Positions 23,916-31,068 of a stretch of DNA of 45,695 nucleotides are shown in pieces. Both the position numbers and the translations under genes were made by a program. Under the pieces are notes generated by a model that worked only from the letters and a program-made list of their open reading frames with translations, was not told where the DNA came from and searched no databases. The stretch is from a bacterium. Lineage in GTDB: Bacteria; JAMOTN01. The stretch is from NCBI GenBank assembly GCA_027062325.1, contig JAMOTN010000025.1:1-45695 (forward strand). Reading direction: 5' to 3'. Position 1 is the first letter of the stretch. Every line of letters starts with the position of its first letter.

Positions 23916-24566
23916 CTACTCTACAACCACACTTTCATTCACTTTACTAAACCTAACTCTTCCATAACCTCTACTACCACTTCCACCAAGGTAGTCACTT
24001 TCTACCAACTTCAACCCCTCATCCACCAGAGAAAGCAGACTCTTTTCATCATCTCCTTCAAATACCTTGACGAGAATCTTTCCTCTAAACACGCTACCAG
24101 CAGCAACTCTCTCCATTATCCTAGGTCCAGCACCAGAAACTGTCCCAGTAATTCTATCTATGGAAACCTCCGTCTTTTCTTCCAATTTATAGTTTACAGG
24201 CATGAAGTCTTCAACAATTATGCGAGTAGGCGCAATTTCTTTCATATTTTTACCATCCTTATCTCCTGCAGAAACTCCAAATAATTTCAGAAAACTTTTT
24301 AATTTTTCATCACTTCCATCTTTTAATACACTTAAATCAGCCGGTTTCCCATCCTTGCTCCAACCATACTTTAGTTCTAATAAAGATCTCATCTTTCCTT
24401 TCAAACTTGAACCGGGAATGTAAGGTTCTCCATCCAGCGGATTTTTTACGACCGGATTATCTATTCCTCCTATTCTCTCTTCAGTTCCACCCGCTCCTAT
24501 ATGCAAACCCGTTAAAATTTCAACATCATATATCAACTCTAAAACTTTCTTTAATTTCTTACCCAC
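23916..24566 (-). CDS. csm3: type III-A CRISPR RAMP Csm3 (Cas7)
   Basis: TGLHIGAG, IGGIDNPVVK (catalytic Asp), PYIPGSSLKGKMRSLLE, KTEVSIDR, ERV.AG, YLGGSGSRGYG. Confidence 0.95.
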   Translation of the reverse strand: MGKKLKKVLELIYDVEILTGLHIGAGGTEERIGGIDNPVVKNPLDGEPYIPGSSLKGKMRSLLELKYGWSKDGKPADLSVLKDGSDEKLKSFLKLFGVSAGDKDGKNMKEIAPTRIIVEDFMPVNYKLEEKTEVSIDRITGTVSGAGPRIMERVAAGSVFRGKILVKVFEGDDEKSLLSLVDEGLKLVESDYLGGSGSRGYGRVRFSKVNESVVVE

Positions 24567-24620
24567 AACCTTTCGCCTCCTCTTTCACTAGTTTTATCTT
24601 ATTGTTTTATCGCAAGTCTT

Positions 24621-25043
24621 TTACGAAGATCTTTTTCTCTTTCCATCTCTTTCCTTTTCAGAAAGTAGGACATAACTTACCTCTAAAACATCTACCTTGT
24701 TTCTCAACCAGTTTTCAAACTCTGCCAAACTTCCCAAAGTCAATAAATCCTTTTCCCACATTTCAAACTTTTTCAATAACTTGTCTATTTCTCCATTTTC
24801 TCCTTTTTTGTCTTTTCTAACCATGTTATATCTCACTCTATACAGCCCTATAACAAGCTCTTTTTTCCAATCGTTAAGTTTCTCTCCCACTTTCTTTTCC
24901 TTTTCTACTTCATACAACTTTGCCAAAAAGATATTATAAAGCTTTCTCAACTGCCTATTACCAACTTCTTCACTTTCAAAAAACTTTGACAACTCCTCTG
25001 CCTCATCTCTAACCCTCTTCCACTCCTCACTCACTCTTACCAC
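24621..25043 (-). CDS. csm2: type III-A small subunit Csm2 (Cas11)
   Basis: 140-aa helical protein with AEELSK...QLRKLY and Y...R motifs, upstream of csm3. Confidence 0.8.
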   Translation of the reverse strand: MVRVSEEWKRVRDEAEELSKFFESEEVGNRQLRKLYNIFLAKLYEVEKEKKVGEKLNDWKKELVIGLYRVRYNMVRKDKKGENGEIDKLLKKFEMWEKDLLTLGSLAEFENWLRNKVDVLEVSYVLLSEKERDGKRKRSS

Positions 25044-25098
25044 CTCACTTGCATTAACACTTTGATTGTAATTTAACTTTCAGATTATTTGTATAGTG

Positions 25099-25114
25099 TG
25101 CTAATATTATAACA
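25099..25114. promoter_or_regulatory. putative bidirectional promoter of the cas locus (overlapping extended -10 elements)
   Basis: Minus strand TGtTATAAT (25114-25106) and plus strand TGcTAATAT (25099-25107) within the 96-bp divergent gap. Confidence 0.5.
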
Positions 25115-25139
25115 AACCACCCCAACGGAGGTAATTAAT

Positions 25140-25979
25140 TTGGCAAATCAAACCATTAGCATTTACAGGATAAAATTTGAAAAAATTTTCAACAAATTTG
25201 AAAATTGGCGGTGGAATTTACACTCACGCTTAGGAATTGCTTTAAAATCTACATTTTGTCAAATCAAAAAAGCAAGTCCTAAGGAGTGTAGGAATTGCTT
25301 TAGAAAAATTTTTTGCCCAGTCGCTCAAATATTTTTTAGAAATTGGATAAGTGGAAAAATACCACCGCTTCCTTTAAGGTTCTCTACAACCCCCAACTCA
25401 AACAACTCATTGTACCTTTTTGAATACGAACCCGGCACTGCAAAATTAACATTTGAAGCTCTCAAAACATTTGAAAGCGAAGATTTTAAAGTGGTTTCTA
25501 TGAGAAAAGTTTTTTCATTCTCTCCAGAAATTCTCTTAGATCACCACTCTCAACTTATAGAGTTTGCTACGAAACTTCTAAAAATCAAACTTTCGAATCC
25601 ATTTTCTTTTAAAATCTCAAATATATGCCTTCCTAAAAGCACTTCACAGGATATAAATTCTATAAAAGAATTGCTTTCCAGCCTTACTTATAATAAAACT
25701 AGAATAATTCTGCTATTCATGGGTATTTGGGAGGACTTTAAAGAACATTCTTTTAACCTTAAAGACTTTACCAACTACGTAGAAACAATGAACTTCTCAA
25801 TATCCACACTTCAAGTTTTTTCTCACAGAAACCAGAACTTCATAACCTATCCAGTTTTAAATTGTGAAATATCTTTTTCAGAATTCAACAACGAAGTTGC
25901 AAAATTTTTAATCTGCGCCAAAGTGTTCGGTTCTGGTAAGATGTCATCGGTGTACTCGGATGTTACAGTTATAAATTAA
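25140..25979 (+). CDS. cas6: Cas6-like crRNA processing RAMP, divergent
   Basis: L...LG.ALK..FC......C..C.....CP..IF......P.P signature, S.R.Q motif, C-terminal G.GK..S loop; RBS GGAGG; precedes cas10. Confidence 0.65.
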   Translation: MANQTISIYRIKFEKIFNKFENWRWNLHSRLGIALKSTFCQIKKASPKECRNCFRKIFCPVAQIFFRNWISGKIPPLPLRFSTTPNSNNSLYLFEYEPGTAKLTFEALKTFESEDFKVVSMRKVFSFSPEILLDHHSQLIEFATKLLKIKLSNPFSFKISNICLPKSTSQDINSIKELLSSLTYNKTRIILLFMGIWEDFKEHSFNLKDFTNYVETMNFSISTLQVFSHRNQNFITYPVLNCEISFSEFNNEVAKFLICAKVFGSGKMSSVYSDVTVIN

Positions 25980-25998
25980 AAATGGGAGGAGAGTAAAG

Positions 25999-28263
25999 GT
26001 GTCACTTAAAAACTTGGTAACCCAGGCTCTAAAACTTCTAGAATCAACAACTATAAAAGAAACTACTGACATTTTTCAAGCCCTAAAACTCCCTGTAATC
26101 ACCTATAATATGGAAAATTTAGACTCCATTTTTCCACACGTTTTTGAAAATATAGAAAGGTTATGGTTTGAACGTATTTTATGGCTTGACGGAGCTGAAA
26201 AAATCATTATTGGAAAACTAGATGTATCTGGAATACAACGTTTCTTAAGTGAGGTCCTAGTCTCAAAAGCTATGTCCACAATGAAAATTCGAAGCGAACT
26301 CTTGGAATTTTTGGAAAGTCTTTTTCTCTACTCCCTGGCAGAAAGCATAAATCTTATATTTGGTAAAGGCACTGCAAAGGTAATGGCTGTAGGGGCTGGA
26401 AAAGGCGACATATTCATCAAAGTCAGTGATGAAGACATATCACTCAAAGCAGAGATTACAAACCTTATCGCAGAAAATTTAATTCTCTCAATAAACTCCA
26501 GATTATACAGCTTTTTCGGAGTAAGGTGCCCAATTTTCATATTTGCACTTAGTAAAACTCCAATCGATCTTTCTTCCAAACTTTCTTCAAATGAAGAAAA
26601 GCTGTTAGATTCCTTTAAAATCTTAGAAAGTAAGAAAAATGTTAAGTGGAATCTAGTTGGTTTTGAAAAAACTTACTCAGAGTTTAACAATTCAACATCC
26701 AATTCAACAATTTGCGAATACACATACGAGACTATCAGTTGCTGTAAAAGATGTAAAAAATTTTTCTCAATCAATGAACTTCCAGAAAACAAAGACAAAG
26801 AGTTATGTATAGGATGTAATCTAATCGACAGTTTCAAGAAAGCAAGTCAAAACATAGACCCAACTTTAGCTCGAACCTCAACTATTATGATCGAGTTTAA
26901 TAATAACTCACTTACTATCAAACCTTTTGATAACCAAAGCGAAAATCGCTTACTCCAAAAGGTTACAGAGTTCATTTTAGGGTCAGGGATTACTATTCAA
27001 CTACCGGAAAATTTGTCTATCCATTCAACTTTTTCCAGAACAACTCGCTTTGCAATTTGCTGGGTTACTTCTAGAAACATTGAAAGTCTGGATTCTCTAA
27101 ACAAAACCAATCTAGATAATATCCACTGGATGATGTATAATGATGGCTCAATCTACGCAAAAATTCCAAATACAAAGAAATACCACTATGTATCTCTTCA
27201 AGATTTGGTTAACACTACTTTGAAAAGCCTGAACAAGAAAAACTCTTATATAGCTTTTGCTAAAAGCGATATAGATTCTTTCGGTAAAATTTTCGCATTT
27301 TCATTAAAAAACGCTTTCAAATCTCAAATTAACTCCTCAACAAGAGAATACTTCAAGATAGCTTTTTCTCTATCATATTACATTGAATATTTTGTGAAAA
27401 TTTTAACCTCTCAAGTTATTGAAGACCCCTCTGTCTTTCTAGATCACCTTATAAAAATCACATCTTCATCTGAAGAATTCACTAATTTGATAAAGCAGCT
27501 CAAAGATATTTTTAATGTCATACAAGAGTTTCCAAACAATGAATATTCTCTTCACGTTCATATCTTATATGCAGGTGGAGATGATATAACGCTGGTTGGT
27601 AGATTTTTAGATGTAATACTTGCTGTGATGCTTATATGGCTATTATTTAAGTTATATACTCACAACACTCTAGGATTTTCAACTGGAGTTTCCATTGATA
27701 AAGCAACCTTCCCTTTCTATCTTCTGAATAAAAGATCTTCAAAATTAGAAGAGACTGCTAAAAATATAATTAAATACCTTGCTAAACAGCATGCGCTTTC
27801 CATTAACACATCTTCTAAACCTATTCTAAAAGACGCAATTGCAATAGATACAGTTTCTCTATTTGAAAAAGGCTCAATCTGTTTATTTAAACAGGACATT
27901 TTATCTCAACTTCCAATTACATTTTCACGCTTCATAGAATTAGAAAGTGGTTTTATTAAACGCATAGCTAAAATTCAAAAGCTTATTAACTATCCAGAAA
28001 AAGACATAAGTCTACTTGAACTTTTCAAAGAATATATGCGTCTCGAATACTACATAATCAGAAAAGAAAAGGCAGACTCAGCTCTCGTTGAAACTTATTC
28101 AAAAATTAAAAATACATTTACAATTAGTAAAGACGAATTTTTATCTTATTCTAACTACAAACGTTGGGCTTCCATATTTCTTGCTTGTAAATTAGCATAT
28201 GAAACTAAAAAAATCATCAATAAAACAGCTGAAGAAAATTCATCTGAAGTTCAGGAGGGCTAA
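25999..28263 (+). CDS. cas10: Cas10/Csm1, no N-terminal HD nuclease, GGDD cyclase motif intact
   Basis: Palm1 KLDVSGIQRFL..RS, Zn finger CKRC..CIGC, Palm2 KSDIDSFGKIF and ILYAGGDDITLVG, S.G motif, E..AK, helical C-terminal domain. Confidence 0.9.
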   Translation: MSLKNLVTQALKLLESTTIKETTDIFQALKLPVITYNMENLDSIFPHVFENIERLWFERILWLDGAEKIIIGKLDVSGIQRFLSEVLVSKAMSTMKIRSELLEFLESLFLYSLAESINLIFGKGTAKVMAVGAGKGDIFIKVSDEDISLKAEITNLIAENLILSINSRLYSFFGVRCPIFIFALSKTPIDLSSKLSSNEEKLLDSFKILESKKNVKWNLVGFEKTYSEFNNSTSNSTICEYTYETISCCKRCKKFFSINELPENKDKELCIGCNLIDSFKKASQNIDPTLARTSTIMIEFNNNSLTIKPFDNQSENRLLQKVTEFILGSGITIQLPENLSIHSTFSRTTRFAICWVTSRNIESLDSLNKTNLDNIHWMMYNDGSIYAKIPNTKKYHYVSLQDLVNTTLKSLNKKNSYIAFAKSDIDSFGKIFAFSLKNAFKSQINSSTREYFKIAFSLSYYIEYFVKILTSQVIEDPSVFLDHLIKITSSSEEFTNLIKQLKDIFNVIQEFPNNEYSLHVHILYAGGDDITLVGRFLDVILAVMLIWLLFKLYTHNTLGFSTGVSIDKATFPFYLLNKRSSKLEETAKNIIKYLAKQHALSINTSSKPILKDAIAIDTVSLFEKGSICLFKQDILSQLPITFSRFIELESGFIKRIAKIQKLINYPEKDISLLELFKEYMRLEYYIIRKEKADSALVETYSKIKNTFTISKDEFLSYSNYKRWASIFLACKLAYETKKIINKTAEENSSEVQEG

Positions 28264-28265
28264 GT

Positions 28266-29405
28266 ATGAAGTCTGATATGATAGCATTAGTAGTTAAGTT
28301 ACCGTTCAAGAAAGTAAGATTCGGATACGTTGAAGACGAACCTTACAAAATATACAGTGAAGTAATTCCATCAGACCGCTTATGGGGAAATATCATTTAC
28401 AACTCTTTTCTCACTCTAGATGAAAAACTAGCAAATGAATTGATCAACTCCATGTATATATCCACTGCTTTTTTATATAATGAAGACACACTATTTATCC
28501 CACACTTTCCAAATGAGAAACTTATAAAGTTTGCAATAACTAAGGAACTTCTTGCTCCAAAGGATATTAAAAAACTTCGTTGGTTTCCCTTGAATAAATT
28601 CAAAGAATATATAAACCTCGATCCAAAAGCAAGCTCTCAGAAAGTTAAAAAATGGATTGAAGAAGAGTGGGCATACATAAGTGAAATGACAGAGAAAGAA
28701 TTTTACTCTGTAAAAACTGAAACCAATGCTAAATTGCCGTATCTTGGAGAAACTTCGGAGTTTGTCGCTTCTCCTTTCCACTTTAGTTGGGTGGAGTTCT
28801 CAAAAAATTCTGGTTATTGGTCTCTTATAATTCTCGATCCCTCATCATCAGATGTGGAAGTCTCTAAATTAGTCGACACTCTAATTAAGGTATTGGAATT
28901 TTCTTCGAAAGTTGGTCTAGGAAGCGATACATCTTTAGGCTTTGGTAAGTTTGAATTTAATGAAGAAAATATCTATCAACTTGAATGTAAAATTGAAAAT
29001 AATCTTACAAAACCCACAAATCTTTTTCTTATATCGCGAACCATGCTAGAGAATATAAACACATTAACTCAAAACAAGAAAATTACTCCTACAAAACTTG
29101 AGGTAGACATATCAACCGGTTGGACTAAAGGGTTATTTGACGAGGAGAAAACATCTTTTGCATATAGAAAAATTCCACTTCCCGTATACCGTGAAGGCTG
29201 TGTATGGAAACTCAACTCTATACCAGAAAAATTCCACATTGCCAGAATTAAAAGTGCTCCCTCAGAAGTGGAATTTTTGAAAGATCTCGGCATATTCATA
29301 CTGCCAGTTTTTTGGAAAGAACATATCTCAGAAAATCCTCATTCAATTTACAGAAACTTATCAATGTTAGCTTTCTTTACGATAGATCAAGAAATAGACA
29401 ATTAA
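28266..29405 (+). CDS. csm4: type III-A RAMP Csm4 (Cas5 group)
   Basis: IPSDRLWG.I, ISTAFLY.....FIP, GLGSDTSLGFGKF, GW...RK.....EG.V motifs. Confidence 0.85.
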   Translation: MKSDMIALVVKLPFKKVRFGYVEDEPYKIYSEVIPSDRLWGNIIYNSFLTLDEKLANELINSMYISTAFLYNEDTLFIPHFPNEKLIKFAITKELLAPKDIKKLRWFPLNKFKEYINLDPKASSQKVKKWIEEEWAYISEMTEKEFYSVKTETNAKLPYLGETSEFVASPFHFSWVEFSKNSGYWSLIILDPSSSDVEVSKLVDTLIKVLEFSSKVGLGSDTSLGFGKFEFNEENIYQLECKIENNLTKPTNLFLISRTMLENINTLTQNKKITPTKLEVDISTGWTKGLFDEEKTSFAYRKIPLPVYREGCVWKLNSIPEKFHIARIKSAPSEVEFLKDLGIFILPVFWKEHISENPHSIYRNLSMLAFFTIDQEIDN

Positions 29406-29411
29406 TAAGGG

Positions 29412-30086
29412 GTGAAAAATATGTTTAAAATAGCAAAGTTTAAATTGGGTTTAGAAACAACTTCACCTCTTCTGATTCCAGACACAAGCTATACAAAGTC
29501 ACTCCTCCACTCATATGATTTAATAGCAATACAAAAGGACTCTAAATACATCATTCCAGCAACCTCTCTTAAAGGAAAACTAAAATACCTATTTGCTATA
29601 AAACATGGCTTCGGCGGTACATCTTTAAAAGACTTAGAAGAACTTCCAGCTACATTAACAGATGTTTTCTTCAACTGGGTAAATGTGTTCGGTTGTGGAG
29701 CGGATTTGATGATGAATTTGAGTAAGAAAGGGAAACTTGAAGCTGTAAAATCCAAACTCAAGATCCCTGCTAGAGTATTTTTTAACGATTTAGTCAGCAC
29801 CAAGGAGATAAATAAAGAAGCTCCTTTTGAAAATAAAACCTCTGTATCTATCGACCGTTTTTCCCTAAAAGCCAATGATGGCTCACTTCTTCAATTTGCG
29901 TGCGTTCCCAGAAACACCCCCTTCGAAGGGGTAATTGAAATACTCTATAAGAACGATGAAGAATTAAAAAGCTACGTGGCTATACTCAAAGAGTCACTAG
30001 AAATGCTAAACACCGATTATCTCGGTAGAGGTGGCTCACGCGGAATGGGAAGGGTAAAAGTACTTTCTTTTTCAAAAGAAGAGTAG
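29412..30086 (+). CDS. csm3: second, divergent Csm3-like RAMP (Cas7)
   Basis: LETTSPLLI, YIIPATSLKGKLK, FG, PARVFFND, KTSVSIDR, VP....F, DYLGRGGSRGMGRV. Confidence 0.85.
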   Translation: MKNMFKIAKFKLGLETTSPLLIPDTSYTKSLLHSYDLIAIQKDSKYIIPATSLKGKLKYLFAIKHGFGGTSLKDLEELPATLTDVFFNWVNVFGCGADLMMNLSKKGKLEAVKSKLKIPARVFFNDLVSTKEINKEAPFENKTSVSIDRFSLKANDGSLLQFACVPRNTPFEGVIEILYKNDEELKSYVAILKESLEMLNTDYLGRGGSRGMGRVKVLSFSKEE

Positions 30087-30210
30087 GAAAAGGAAAAGAG
30101 TGGTGCCGGCTCTAGCTAGGAGGCCGTAATAACTAACCTCATTCGATAAATAATAGGTATAGAAGTTGGAAAAAACAGATTATTTCAAATTACATTTCAT
30201 TTTCATTCAA

Positions 30211-30636
30211 TTACTCTTCTCTTATAAGAACAAAAAACTCTATCATATTATTTTCCAACATTTCTTTTATTTCATTGTACTCATATTCGCGCACTTCAAG
30301 CCTCTTTTTAGTCTTTAAAGCCAAAGCCCACTCTCCCTTGTTAAACACTATCTCTACTCTGTTGAAAAAGAAATGTTTCTCCAAATGAGGCGGGGCTAGT
30401 TTTTTTAAAACCTCCACTGTACTTTCATGCCCCAACGCACTCAAAATCTCAACGTTTTCTGCCTCAATGCCCTCTAAAATTTCAAAGTAAGTCTCCATTC
30501 CTATTCTTCTCAAAAAAAATCTAGCTTCCACATCATTATCTGGAATAGGAATAATTATGCTGTTCAACAGATAAACTCGACGTGGCAACTCATATTTTTC
30601 AAGCAAATTTGCAAAATTCAAACTACGCACTTCCAT
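30211..30636 (-). CDS. crn2: DUF1874 family ring nuclease (Crn2 / AcrIII-1 family)
   Basis: YLLNS...P, SALGHESTVE.L (GH motif), NR.EI....G..AL......RL...E pattern typical of DUF1874/YddF/STIV B116; adjacent to csm genes. Confidence 0.8.
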   Translation of the reverse strand: MEVRSLNFANLLEKYELPRRVYLLNSIIIPIPDNDVEARFFLRRIGMETYFEILEGIEAENVEILSALGHESTVEVLKKLAPPHLEKHFFFNRVEIVFNKGEWALALKTKKRLEVREYEYNEIKEMLENNMIEFFVLIREE

Positions 30637-30675
30637 TTCACTCCCATATTCACAAATCTCACCTAAACAAAACCC

Positions 30676-30951
30676 TTACTCAAAAAGCGAATAGTATAAA
30701 GCAACTGCCAGACCTATTACTAAGCCAGTTCCAAGACCGTTTATGAATGATACCTGCTCCTCCTTTGCCTCTACCTTCTCTCCTTTTAAGCAAGCTTTTA
30801 AAATTTCTGGAATTGTGCGTTGAGCCTCTTCCGTCATAACAATGTTTGGTCTTATTTTCATATTGTAAAAGACTGCCCACATCCCTACAAACACTATTAT
30901 TAACAATGCCAACTTCCAAACAGCTCTAGGAGACTTGGCCATAGTCACCAC
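30676..30951 (-). CDS. small two-TM membrane protein of unknown function
   Basis: Hydrophobic helices LALLIIVFVGMWAVFY and GLGTGLVIGLAVALYY; 39 bp upstream of crn2. Confidence 0.7.
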   Translation of the reverse strand: MVTMAKSPRAVWKLALLIIVFVGMWAVFYNMKIRPNIVMTEEAQRTIPEILKACLKGEKVEAKEEQVSFINGLGTGLVIGLAVALYYSLFE

Positions 30952-30974
30952 CTACCTTTAAAATACTCTTTCTT

Positions 30975-31003
30975 ATAATATTTAAAAACTTCCTTACTGG
31001 CAA
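30975..31003 (-). promoter_or_regulatory. putative sigma70 promoter for 2-TM gene + crn2
   Basis: Minus strand TTGCCA-N17-TATTAT ending ~25 nt before the ORF. Confidence 0.6.
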
Positions 31004-31068
31004 ACTTTCCTCAAACTCAAAAGTATCGCTTACCACTTCTTTTCTTACCTTAAATATCTTATATTCTT

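Noticed and set aside
22267-24939. Alternate-frame or antisense ORFs over csm5/csm3/csm2 (e.g. 22325-22531, 24407-24820, 24697-24939)
   Set aside because: They overlap well-supported genes and have F/S/L-rich composition typical of antisense to K/E-rich genes; the same applies to similar short ORFs across the window.
30211-30636. DUF1874 gene as a phage anti-CRISPR in a prophage
   Set aside because: No phage, integrase or att features nearby; position next to csm genes fits a host ring nuclease.
30087-31068. CRISPR array or leader beside the cas genes
   Set aside because: No 25-40 bp repeats with regular spacers in any intergenic gap here or elsewhere in the window.
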